Shown piece after piece: positions 1-9,191 of a stretch of DNA of 64,000 bases. Every line of letters begins with the position of its first letter. The first letter of the stretch is position 1. The position numbers and the translations under genes were made by a program. The DNA lies in NCBI GenBank assembly GCA_963666465.1, contig OY762824.1:810112-874111 (forward strand), written 5' to 3'. The DNA comes from Pseudomonadales bacterium. Its GTDB lineage: Bacteria; Pseudomonadota; Gammaproteobacteria; Pseudomonadales; Azotimanducaceae. The notes beneath the pieces are model-generated. The model was not told where the DNA came from. It was given only the letters and a program-made list of their open reading frames with translations, and searched no databases.

Positions 1-1581
1 CACCTGGACCCGTTGGTAGGCGATCACCGTGATGAACAGATGGCCCTCGGCACGGCGCGGCTTGCGGTGATGGATGGGGCGCAGGCCCAGTTCGGATTTC
101 AGGGAACGGAACGCCGCCTCGACATCCGTGAGCAGGGTGAAGGTGCGCCACAGGCGCTCCTCGCTGAAGTCGGTCTCGTTGCTGCGCAGGCAATAGACGC
201 CCGGATGGGTGAGCATCGTCCCGGCCACCGGCGTGCGGAGGAAGGTCACCGCCACGGCCCGTTTGCCGCTCTCGTCGGTTGCCACCGCGATGTCGTAGTG
301 TTGGCCGACACCGCGGCTCTTCTCCACCAGCCGGCCGATGCGTTGCCAGATCTTTTCCGGCTTCTTCTGCGTGCGCGGCCGCGACAGCCCCTCGTTGATC
401 GCATCGAGATCCCGCTCCAGGCGTTGCGCAAACCGCTCGGCCATGCCGCGCTCCTTCTCGGCACGCTGCTCGGAGCAGCAGTACAGGCGCACCTCGCCCG
501 CCTCGGCGTCGTCCACCTTCTCCAGATGCACCACCCCGCCGCTGCGGGTGCGGTGGGCGAGTGCCGCCTCGGGCTCGAAGCGGCGCTTGCGCTCGCGCGA
601 GACCACGATGTAGCGGTACCCGTTCGCCTTCAGCCAGTCGACCTGTCGCTCGGTGGCGATGCCCCGGTCGAGCACCACCCGCGACCCCGGCGGTGCCCCG
701 AGCGCGTCCAGCATGCCGGAAAGCGTCCGGTCTTCCTTGACGTTGCCCGCGAACACCCGCGAACGCCGCACGAAACCACCCCCGTCCAGCACCAGCCCCA
801 GGGTGAGCAGCTTGCAGTCGCTGCGCTTCTCCTTCGAATGCCCCCGCCGCGCCTCGGGCTGATCCGCCACATCGCCCTCGTAATAGGTGTTGGTCAGATC
901 GTAGAGCGTCACCGTCGGCGCCAGGTCGAACAGGTCCATGGCGCTCTCGAACAGATGCGCCTCGATCGCTTCGCGGTGGGCAGCCAAGGCATCCGAGGCC
1001 CGGTACAACTGCATCGCCCCCATGGTCTCGAAGTCCACACCCAGCAACTCCCCCAAGGCACTGCGCTCGCGCAGCCAGGCGTGCGTGGCCCGCTCCGAGG
1101 CCGGGTACGCAAGCCGCGCCACGATCGAGGCCACCGCGGCCGTGCACGGCGACGCGTTGATGCCCAGGGTCGACAGCAACTCCATCAGGCCCAACCGCTC
1201 GACCGCCCACAGTCCCGCCTGCTCGACGCCCACGCTGCGCGGGCGCGTCAACTCGAGCGACGCCACGTCCACACGGACCGGATCACGCACCGCTTCGGCG
1301 TCCCCCGCCCGGCCGCGGGCCAGCAGTTGCGCCCCGATCCGTTGCGCTTCTTCCTCGACGGCAGCCGGCGCATCGTCGGTGAGCGGCGCCTGGCCGTTCA
1401 AGATCTCGTCGATGCGCCGGCACAGTTCCGGCCACTCCTCCACAGGCAGGTCGAAATCGCTGCCGAGGTTCAACAACGTGCGCTGGCGGACCTTGGCGCC
1501 GTCGCGCCGACTGTGCACGAGGCGGTGGGAGTGGTAGTCCTGGCCGCCGGTGCGGCGGGTGAGGGTACGGCGGATGAACAT
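1..1581 (-). CDS. IS1634-family DDE transposase, 3' end outside the window
   Basis: Same reading frame and sequence as the 603-aa transposase of copy 2 (offset 2092 nt). The start codon corresponds to 3673 in copy 2. Not in the ORF track because no stop lies inside the window. Confidence 0.9.
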   Translation of the reverse strand, partial: MFIRRTLTRRTGGQDYHSHRLVHSRRDGAKVRQRTLLNLGSDFDLPVEEWPELCRRIDEILNGQAPLTDDAPAAVEEEAQRIGAQLLARGRAGDAEAVRDPVRVDVASLELTRPRSVGVEQAGLWAVERLGLMELLSTLGINASPCTAAVASIVARLAYPASERATHAWLRERSALGELLGVDFETMGAMQLYRASDALAAHREAIEAHLFESAMDLFDLAPTVTLYDLTNTYYEGDVADQPEARRGHSKEKRSDCKLLTLGLVLDGGGFVRRSRVFAGNVKEDRTLSGMLDALGAPPGSRVVLDRGIATERQVDWLKANGYRYIVVSRERKRRFEPEAALAHRTRSGGVVHLEKVDDAEAGEVRLYCCSEQRAEKERGMAERFAQRLERDLDAINEGLSRPRTQKKPEKIWQRIGRLVEKSRGVGQHYDIAVATDESGKRAVAVTFLRTPVAGTMLTHPGVYCLRSNETDFSEERLWRTFTLLTDVEAAFRSLKSELGLRPIHHRKPRRAEGHLFITVIAYQRVQV

Positions 1582-1753
1582 GGCGGGTGACGGTAGCGGC
1601 GCCGGCCACCCATGTCAACCGACACCACCCCATTATGGCACTACATCGGTCGATCCACCCCACCAGGAACCGGAAAACAACGAGTTGCCGACCCCAAAAC
1701 CGTCAATCACCGCAAGATCGGGCGAAAATCACGGGGTTGTTGGTAAAGATGGG
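1..1753 (-). mobile_element. IS1634-family insertion sequence, copy 1 (far end lies outside the window)
   Basis: Matches positions 2093-3845 of copy 2 apart from 2 SNPs. Ends with the same terminal inverted repeat, gttggtaaagatggg, at 1739-1753. Confidence 0.9.
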
Positions 1754-1757
1754 CTAG

Positions 1758-3845
1758 CCCAAGTTTACCAACGAAAAAAATAAACTGTTGTATCTCAACA
1801 ATTTAGGTTGACCGAATCGCGCGCATGGCACTACATTCGTGCCCGACGTGATGGTTTCCCCTCAGACGACCGCCTGGTGTGTCCCCCCGGCTGAGGAGGG
1901 GATCCCCAAGGCATCGAGGATGGCCTTCTGCTGCGGTTCCGGGCGCGTCGCCTTGCGCACATGCAGCGTGCGTCCGTCGGCGCGCTTGAACGTCGCGGTC
2001 ACCCGCTGACGGCCGCCGAGAATCCGTTTGAGCGTCGTCCAGTTCGCCGTGCGCATCGGCCCGTCGCCGCGCTCGGCCAGACGGGTGCGAATCACCTGGA
2101 CCCGTTGGTAGGCGATCACCGTGATGAACAGATGGCCCTCGGCACGGCGCGGCTTGCGGTGATGGATGGGGCGCAGGCCCAGTTCGGATTTCAGGGAACG
2201 GAACGCCGCCTCGACATCCGTGAGCAGGGTGAAGGTGCGCCACAGGCGCTCCTCGCTGAAGTCGGTCTCGTTGCTGCGCAGGCAATAGACGCCCGGATGG
2301 GTGAGCATCGTCCCGGCCACCGGCGTGCGGAGGAAGGTCACCGCCACGGCCCGTTTGCCGCTCTCGTCGGTTGCCACCGCGATGTCGTAGTGTTGGCCGA
2401 CACCGCGGCTCTTCTCCACCAGCCGGCCGATGCGTTGCCAGATCTTTTCCGGCTTCTTCTGCGTGCGCGGCCGCGACAGCCCCTCGTTGATCGCATCGAG
2501 ATCCCGCTCCAGGCGTTGCGCAAACCGCTCGGCCATGCCGCGCTCCTTCTCGGCACGCTGCTCGGAGCAGCAGTACAGGCGCACCTCGCCCGCCTCGGCG
2601 TCGTCCACCTTCTCCAGATGCACCACCCCGCCGCTGCGGGTGCGGTGGGCGAGTGCCGCCTCGGGCTCGAAGCGGCGCTTGCGCTCGCGCGAGACCACGA
2701 TGTAGCGGTACCCGTTCGCCTTCAGCCAGTCGACCTGTCGCTCGGTGGCGATGCCCCGGTCGAGCACCACCCGCGACCCCGGCGGTGCCCCGAGCGCGTC
2801 CAGCATGCCGGAAAGCGTCCGGTCTTCCTTGACGTTGCCCGCGAACACCCGCGAACGCCGCACGAAACCACCCCCGTCCAGCACCAGCCCCAGGGTGAGC
2901 AGCTTGCAGTCGCTGCGCTTCTCCTTCGAATGCCCCCGCCGCGCCTCGGGCTGATCCGCCACATCGCCCTCGTAATAGGTGTTGGTCAGATCGTAGAGCG
3001 TCACCGTCGGCGCCAGGTCGAACAGGTCCATGGCGCTCTCGAACAGATGCGCCTCGATCGCTTCGCGGTGGGCAGCCAAGGCATCCGAGGCCCGGTACAA
3101 CTGCATCGCCCCCATGGTCTCGAAGTCCACACCCAGCAACTCCCCCAAGGCACTGCGCTCGCGCAGCCAGGCGTGCGTGGCCCGCTCCGAGGCCGGGTAC
3201 GCAAGCCGCGCCACGATCGAGGCCACCGCGGCCGTGCACGGCGACGCGTTGATGCCCAGGGTCGACAGCAACTCCATCAGGCCCAACCGCTCGACCGCCC
3301 ACAGTCCCGCCTGCTCGACGCCCACGCTGCGCGGGCGCGTCAACTCGAGCGACGCCACGTCCACACGGACCGGATCACGCACCGCTTCGGCGTCCCCCGC
3401 CCGGCCGCGGGCCAGCAGTTGCGCCCCGATCCGTTGCGCTTCTTCCTCGACGGCAGCCGGCGCATCGTCGGTGAGCGGCGCCTGGCCGTTCAAGATCTCG
3501 TCGATGCGCCGGCACAGTTCCGGCCACTCCTCCACAGGCAGGTCGAAATCGCTGCCGAGGTTCAACAACGTGCGCTGGCGGACCTTGGCGCCGTCGCGCC
3601 GACTGTGCACGAGGCGGTGGGAGTGGTAGTCCTGGCCGCCGGTGCGGCGGGTGAGGGTACGGCGGATGAACATGGCGGGTGGCGGTAGCGGCGCCCGCCA
3701 CCCATGTCAACCGACACCACCCCATTATGGCACTACATCGGTCGATCCACCCCACCAGGAACCGGAAAACAACGAGTTGCCGACCCCAAAACCGTCAATC
3801 ACCGCAAGATCGGGCGAAAATCACGGGGTTGTTGGTAAAGATGGG
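1758..3845 (-). mobile_element. IS1634-family insertion sequence, copy 2 (2088 bp)
   Basis: Terminal IRs cccaagtttaccaac (1758-1772) and gttggtaaagatggg (3831-3845) match 13/15. Subterminal direct 12-mer atggcactacat at 1825-1836 and 3727-3738. Flanked by ctag (1754-1757) and ttag (3846-3849). Confidence 0.9.
1862..3673 (-). CDS. IS1634-family (IS4-like DDE) transposase, 603 aa
   Basis: The N-terminus MFIRRTLTRRTGGQDYHSHRLVHSRRDGAKVRQRTLLNLG is typical of IS1634-family transposases. The ORF recurs 4 times in the window. Confidence 0.9.
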   Translation of the reverse strand: MFIRRTLTRRTGGQDYHSHRLVHSRRDGAKVRQRTLLNLGSDFDLPVEEWPELCRRIDEILNGQAPLTDDAPAAVEEEAQRIGAQLLARGRAGDAEAVRDPVRVDVASLELTRPRSVGVEQAGLWAVERLGLMELLSTLGINASPCTAAVASIVARLAYPASERATHAWLRERSALGELLGVDFETMGAMQLYRASDALAAHREAIEAHLFESAMDLFDLAPTVTLYDLTNTYYEGDVADQPEARRGHSKEKRSDCKLLTLGLVLDGGGFVRRSRVFAGNVKEDRTLSGMLDALGAPPGSRVVLDRGIATERQVDWLKANGYRYIVVSRERKRRFEPEAALAHRTRSGGVVHLEKVDDAEAGEVRLYCCSEQRAEKERGMAERFAQRLERDLDAINEGLSRPRTQKKPEKIWQRIGRLVEKSRGVGQHYDIAVATDESGKRAVAVTFLRTPVAGTMLTHPGVYCLRSNETDFSEERLWRTFTLLTDVEAAFRSLKSELGLRPIHHRKPRRAEGHLFITVIAYQRVQVIRTRLAERGDGPMRTANWTTLKRILGGRQRVTATFKRADGRTLHVRKATRPEPQQKAILDALGIPSSAGGTHQAVV

Positions 3846-3850
3846 TTAGC

Positions 3851-5458
3851 CTAGGAGTTTGTCGGTTTTGAGATTTTGAGGTCGCCGAAAGGGCGACCGT
3901 GAACTGGATATCATGCCAATGGACCGGGTCGGCGTGTTTCGATGTCGGCCACCTGACCGGTCTTGCGCCGCCCATGCACGCCAGATCGGAGTGGAAGCGC
4001 CGCCACAGTCCGATTCTGACGCAAAGGCGAGGGTTGCGGCCGCTCAGCTCAAGGCGTGCATTCGCTTCAGGTTCCAGGCCAGGCAGGTCAGCGTCCATTC
4101 GCCGCGAACCGCCTCCAGTCCGCGCAGGTGGAAGCGCCGAAATCCCATCGCCTCCTTGACGATCCCGAAGACCGTCTCCACCGTCGACTTGCGCCGCGCA
4201 TGCAACGCCCGGCCCTCCGGGGTCTGCAGCCGATGTGCCATGCGCGTTGCCGGATCCGCGTTCTCCGGACAGGGCGGCGGCGATGCGCCCCGCTCCGCCA
4301 GCGGCACGTTGTGCGCCTCGCGCCCCGTGGCGATGTGCGGTGTCAGGCCCGCGGCCTCGCAGTGCGCCACGTTCGCCCGGCTGAAGTGCCCCGCGTCGGC
4401 CAGCAGCCCCTCCGGCTGCCCCAGCGCCGCCGGCAACGCATCCAGCGCCTCGAGCGTCGGCGCCACCTCGCGCCTGTCGTTGCAGCGATCGACCACATCC
4501 GCCGTCACCGCCAGATGGCTTTCGACGTCCACGCCCGACTGCGCGTTGCAGGCCTGCTCGAAACCGTTCGAAGTCGGCATGATGCGGGACTCCGGGTCCG
4601 TCAGGTTCACCTGATCCGCATCCCTCGGCCCTGCCTGTGGCGCCTGGGGTGGACGACCACGGGGCTTTGCGCCCCGTCTTCTCCTCCTTCTCGCGCCGTG
4701 CCTCGAGCCTCTCCTCGTGGTCCGCCTGTTCCGCCGCGTGGCGTTCCTGCGCGCGCCGTTCGATCTCCGCCTGCGCCGCCTCGATCACCGCCAGCCGTTC
4801 CGCGCGACGCTTCAACTCCTCCGGAACATCCAGTTCAGGCTCCGAATCCTCTGCCTGCGCCGCCTGCCCGGGCAGCGCCGACACCTCGCCGCGCAACTGC
4901 TCCTCGAGGCGCTTCGCATGCCCCCAGCCGAGCGCCCTGTGCCGGCTCGCGTTCGCCTGAACCTTTGTCCCGTCCAGACTCGCGTTGCCCAGCTTCAGCA
5001 AACCCGTCTCTTGCGCGATCAACAGAATCCGAACGAACAGCCCCTGCAGGTCCTCGAGAAAACGCCTGCGGAAACTCGCAGTCGTGTCGTGGTCCGGATG
5101 CGAGTTCGCCGCAATGTGCCGGAACGCCACCGAATCGCAGGTCGCCCGCTCCAGCCTGCGGCTCGAAAAGACCCCCGTCGCGCAGCCGTGGAACAGCAGA
5201 CCCAGCAACAGCGACGGATGATGCGGATCCTTCCCGCCGCCACCGCATTGACGCTCCAGCGCGCTCAGGTCCAGCCGATCCACAATGTCCACCACAAACC
5301 GCGCCAGATGATCGTCCGGCAACCAGTCCTGCACCGACGGCGGCAGAAGGCAGGGCGTGTCACGATCCACTGGGCGAAACTTCGAGGACATCGGTCAGGC
5401 GTCCATCAACAACGGCAAACCAATTTTACCTGGATCGCCAAATCCGACAGGCTGCTAG
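3851..5458 (-). mobile_element. IS1182-family insertion sequence (about 1.6 kb)
   Basis: Imperfect terminal IRs ctaggagtttgtcggttttg (3851-) and caaatccgacaggctgctag (-5458) enclose the IS1182-type transposase. Confidence 0.7.
4044..5391 (-). pseudogene. IS1182-family transposase interrupted by a 1-nt frameshift
   Basis: The N-terminal part (LLPPSVQDWLPDDHLARF...SSRRLERA...PDHDT) is in the frame of ORF 3799..5391. The C-terminal DDE part (DADQVNLTDPESRIMP...) is in the frame of ORF 4044..4610. The frames meet at about 4661-4671 (ggggctttgcg). Confidence 0.8.
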
Positions 5459-6849
5459 CTGGCCCGCTCCCTGCCCTCGCCCGCACCGCCAACAGTCCGT
5501 TCACCGGGCGCCTGCAGGAGATCCTTCTCGCGCGTAACGTAGCGCACCGGACTTGGTAGGCTCTTCAACACGCTTTCCTCAACGAGACGCTGAACCCAAG
5601 CATCCGCCGTAGGCTTCGTTACCCCCAACGCACCCGCGATCTCCCTGGATTGTTTCGGTTCCGCGCAGAGCACGAACGCCAACGAACGCACCTTCTGGTA
5701 CAGATCTTCGGCGGGGTCGACATTCGCTTCCGCAGCCGCCTCACTCGTCTCTCGCCCGCACGAACTCACCACCGGAGCCGCCTCGCACGCCGTCCGGGAC
5801 GACTCGCGAGTTTCCTCCCCGGCGATGGTCAGCTCCGCTTGGACCTCCAGGTGTTCCGTGGCCGCATCGTCGCGCTGGCCCACCCTGTTGACGCATTCCA
5901 CGCTGCCCTGGATGTTGAACGCGGGGTCGCGGACCCCTTCCAGCCAGCGCCCTCCAAGTGCAACGAGGTCGGGATTGCCCGAGTCCGGCGCTTCGGTCCG
6001 CTTGACCCAAAGTGGCACCCATCCTTGCCTAAGGTTCTCGACCGCGCCCTTCCACGTTCCGCCGCTCTCCGTTGCACTGGTTACGACGATGGCGTCGTGG
6101 GCCAGGCAATAGATGTACTTGTTCCGCGCCATGGCGTTGCCCACCATGAAACGCGATTCGGGATTGAACGGCGAGACAAGTGCCAGATCGCCGGACATGA
6201 GGTGCTTGCGGTACCTCGTCGAAGTAGCGGCCCGCAGCAGGCCGTCGCCAAGTACGCCGATTGCGGTACCTTCGGCATGGAGAGCGCCGAACATGGCTGC
6301 CTGATCCACGCCCGCCGCGCCTCCGGACACGACCAACTCGCCACTCTCCGCCGCGTGGCGGCCGATACTCTCGGCGAAGTCGATGTCCGCATCGCCGGCG
6401 TGTCTTGAGCCAACCACAGCAATGCTGCTTGCGCCCAGGAGGTCCCGGTTGCCGCAGCCGAATAGGACCGCCGGCGCAGTCCTTCCGAGGAGCTGCTTCA
6501 GCCGGCGTGGGTAACCGGCGTCCGAACGCGTGACCACCCACAATCCTGCCCGCTGCCACTTCTCGAGCGCAAACCCGAGTGCCGCGCCCCGATTCAGCAG
6601 CGCCTGCACACGTGGAGTCGTCACCTTGCGATGGTCCCAATGTCCAAGCAAGGTCGTCAGGTCACTCTTGAGCAGATCGCCCGGCGCCAGGGCTTCGTCC
6701 TTGAGCCAACCCGCGAACTCGCCCCACTCTGTAGGCGTCAGGGGCCTGACTCCGCCGGCGCCACGCCTGCCAAGCGGCACCGTAAGCAGCATGACCGCCT
6801 CGGTCTCTCGGGTCACTTCCACCTCAGCCTCCGGGACTTCTCGTGGCAA
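5455..6849 (-). CDS. DprA/Smf-like DNA-processing protein (Rossmann/SLOG fold) with C-terminal winged-helix
   Basis: Shows ...IAVVGSRHAGD...VVSGGAAGVDQAAMFGAL...ARNKYIYCLA, typical of DprA, plus a C-terminal HTH-like stretch (SREIAGALGVTKPTADAWVQRLVEE). The stop TAG lies inside the CTAG at the IS1182 terminus. An alternative start is M20, at 6792. Confidence 0.8.
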   Translation of the reverse strand: MPREVPEAEVEVTRETEAVMLLTVPLGRRGAGGVRPLTPTEWGEFAGWLKDEALAPGDLLKSDLTTLLGHWDHRKVTTPRVQALLNRGAALGFALEKWQRAGLWVVTRSDAGYPRRLKQLLGRTAPAVLFGCGNRDLLGASSIAVVGSRHAGDADIDFAESIGRHAAESGELVVSGGAAGVDQAAMFGALHAEGTAIGVLGDGLLRAATSTRYRKHLMSGDLALVSPFNPESRFMVGNAMARNKYIYCLAHDAIVVTSATESGGTWKGAVENLRQGWVPLWVKRTEAPDSGNPDLVALGGRWLEGVRDPAFNIQGSVECVNRVGQRDDAATEHLEVQAELTIAGEETRESSRTACEAAPVVSSCGRETSEAAAEANVDPAEDLYQKVRSLAFVLCAEPKQSREIAGALGVTKPTADAWVQRLVEESVLKSLPSPVRYVTREKDLLQAPGERTVGGAGEGRERAS

Positions 6850-7255
6850 GCGCGAATGGCAACACCGCGGAACAGTCAGCTCGTCGGAGGAGGGCCGCCA
6901 CGACCGTGAGCGTCCATCCTGAGTTCACTACGTCGTCAACCAGCAGTACGGCCCCTTCCCGCACCGAGCGTTCAACGGCGAAAACGCCATCCAGATTATG
7001 GCACTGATGGAACCTGTTCTCCTGTTCCTTCTGGGCGCCGTTGCTCTTCACCTTCGCCACCACCGGCGAAAACGGCAGTGACAATGCTTCCGCGAGCCGA
7101 CTCGCGTAGTCCGGTACGAGGTTGGGATGACGACTCGACGGCACGCACGTGACCCACGTCGGCCAGGGGTCCGGCCGCCACCGTTCCGTGATCATCTCCA
7201 CCGCCGCCCCGACGAGTCCATCTCGAAATTGACCGGAGTGTTTGTCGTCCGCCAC
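6824..7255 (-). CDS. ComF/ComFC-type phosphoribosyltransferase domain (probably the C-terminal part of a RecQ-PRTase fusion; a GTG at 7255 is an alternative own start)
   Basis: WVTCVPSSRHPNLVPDYASRLAEALSLPF...NLDGVFAV...VLLVDDVVNSGWTLTV is a PRPP-binding loop of ComF-like PRTases. The frame is offset by 1 nt from the RecQ frame. Confidence 0.7.
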   Translation of the reverse strand: MADDKHSGQFRDGLVGAAVEMITERWRPDPWPTWVTCVPSSRHPNLVPDYASRLAEALSLPFSPVVAKVKSNGAQKEQENRFHQCHNLDGVFAVERSVREGAVLLVDDVVNSGWTLTVVAALLRRADCSAVLPFALATRSPGG

Positions 7256-8909
7256 GGCTTCCCCACCCGGAATCGCCCCACCAAGAGAGTACCTGTCCCG
7301 TCTCGGCGTGGAGCCTCGCGGGGAGATTCCCCGACCAGCCGTATTCGAGAAACGACCCCTTCGCAACTTGCCTGTTGCATGACAGCGGTATCTCCGCCTG
7401 CCGGAGAAACCGCGTGGCCGCAACCACGGTCTCGTGCGCAACCGCGGTGTTGACTATGGGGCTGCCCATGCACCGCGCGCATTTTCCGCACGGCTTCGGC
7501 TCGGAATCGTCCAGCGCCCTTGCCAGGAATTGCATGAGGCACCCGGGCTCGTCGACGTACAACTGCACCTGTTGCCATTCCGCTTCCCTCTGGGCCGTTA
7601 ACCGCCTGATACGCTCCGCGTCGATTCGATAGGGAACAGCAGTTCGCCGCCATCTGGAACCGTCCTTGACCACCGGGGCGGCATTCTCCACGGACAACAC
7701 CTTCACGACCTTCTCGATCTGCCGGTGGCGCAGGTTCAACGACTGTTCCAGGTCCCAAAGCGACATTCCCTCTTCGTTCTCAAGCGCACGCAAGACATCG
7801 GCCACCCATCGCTCCTCCGGGAAGGCGGTCCTGCGGAAGTACTCGTGGATCTCTCCGTCTTCGACACCCGACAACAGCACGCCGACGGCACGCCCGCACG
7901 CCCGACCTGCTTGGTAGTAGGCAATGATGGATCCCGGTGCCTGGAAGTGCACCACGAAGCCAAGGTCCGGCTTGTCGTAGCCCATGCCCAGGGCCGTCGT
8001 TGCGACCAACGCCTTCACCTCGTTGCGATCGAGAGCTAGTTCCAACCGTCGCCGGTATGCGTCTGAGTCCGGGCAATCTTCGTGGACGACATTCGCGTGG
8101 TACGGTCGTACAAGAATGCCGCGCTCATTCAGCCACGCCGAAACCTGTTCGGCGTCACGCGTGGTCAAGGTATAGACAATGCCCGTGCCCGGGAGCTCGA
8201 CGATGTATTCGGCGAGCCAGGCGAGTCGCTCCGCCTGCGTTGGCAGGCGTACGGTCTGCAGATGCAGGCTCTCGCGCAACAACGTCCCACGCTGGACGTT
8301 CAGCTCGCCCAACTGACGCCTTGCATCCTCGATGACGCGGTCATTGGCGGTCGCGGTGGTCCCGACGATCGGCACATTCGCCGGCATTCGCCGAAGCACA
8401 CTCGCAAGGCGCCGATAGTCGGGTCGGAAATCGTGTCCCCAGTCCGATATGCAGTGGGCCTCATCAACGACCAGCAGCCCAAGCCTGTCCGATACCGGCA
8501 GGAGCAGCTCATCCATGAAGTCCTCGTTGGCGAGGCGTTCCGGCGAGATCAGCAGCACATCCGCCTGGTCCTTCAGTACGGCCCGTCTCAAATCGGGCCA
8601 CTCAGGGCGGTTCGTGGAGTTGATGGTGAGGGCCCGGATGCCCATCCGTTCGGCTGCCGCAACCTGGTTCCGCATCAAGGCCAGCAACGGAGATACGATC
8701 AACGTCGCGCCTGAACCGCGGTCGCGAAGCATGCGAGTTGCGACGAAGTAGACCGCGCTCTTCCCCCAACCCGTTCGCTGGACCAACAGCAGCCGTTCGC
8801 GGCGGGTCACCAGGGCATCGATGGCCTCCCACTGACCGTTCCGGAACTCCGCCTGCGTGTTAGCAAGCAAGCGGCGCAGCAATGTCAGAGCCGTGGATCT
8901 ATCGGCCAT
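6996..8909 (-). CDS. recQ: RecQ-family ATP-dependent DNA helicase (meaningful sequence ends near 7262; the last ~85 codons are out-of-frame read-through)
   Basis: Walker A QRTGWGKS, DEAH box VVDEAHCISDWGHDFRPDYRRL, helicase C motifs ...ALVATTALGMGYDKPDLGFVVH..., and a Cys cluster CGKCARC. Confidence 0.85.
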   Translation of the reverse strand: MADRSTALTLLRRLLANTQAEFRNGQWEAIDALVTRRERLLLVQRTGWGKSAVYFVATRMLRDRGSGATLIVSPLLALMRNQVAAAERMGIRALTINSTNRPEWPDLRRAVLKDQADVLLISPERLANEDFMDELLLPVSDRLGLLVVDEAHCISDWGHDFRPDYRRLASVLRRMPANVPIVGTTATANDRVIEDARRQLGELNVQRGTLLRESLHLQTVRLPTQAERLAWLAEYIVELPGTGIVYTLTTRDAEQVSAWLNERGILVRPYHANVVHEDCPDSDAYRRRLELALDRNEVKALVATTALGMGYDKPDLGFVVHFQAPGSIIAYYQAGRACGRAVGVLLSGVEDGEIHEYFRRTAFPEERWVADVLRALENEEGMSLWDLEQSLNLRHRQIEKVVKVLSVENAAPVVKDGSRWRRTAVPYRIDAERIRRLTAQREAEWQQVQLYVDEPGCLMQFLARALDDSEPKPCGKCARCMGSPIVNTAVAHETVVAATRFLRQAEIPLSCNRQVAKGSFLEYGWSGNLPARLHAETGQVLSWWGDSGWGSRGGRQTLRSISRWTRRGGGGDDHGTVAAGPLADVGHVRAVESSSQPRTGLRESARGSIVTAVFAGGGEGEEQRRPEGTGEQVPSVP

Positions 8910-9191
8910 TCATACCTACGCAACTCGACCACTGCGGTACGCCACAGTCTAGCCCGACCTATTCACGAAGGTTGGATGTGGAGGTTCAGCAAGTCCCTGC
9001 CATGCCAGGTCCTACGAGGGGTGGGCGGACAGCGCCCCCCCCGAAGCGCACCAAAGGCACCCACGCAGAGGCGCCGGATCAACGCCCGCAAAATCCCTTT
9101 GCCGACGAAGCCAGCACCAAGGCGAGCCCGCCTGTCCACCAGCCCGACCCCTCTATAATCGCGGGCGAGCCAAGCCCAACAAGGACCCCAC

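Noticed and set aside
1961-3688. 575-581-aa ORFs antisense to each IS1634 transposase (also 13..1590, 14701..16446, 20990..22735), plus the many nested 60-200-aa ORFs inside the IS copies.
   Set aside because: Their composition is Arg/Ala/Gly/Pro-rich and low-complexity, typical of stop-free antisense frames in high-GC DNA. The sense frame has clear transposase sequence.
9154-9159. tataat hexamer upstream of the ETF-QO gene, as a possible -10 box.
   Set aside because: It is plausible, but the -35 region (ctgtcc) is poor, and a single hexamer is not enough evidence to call a promoter.
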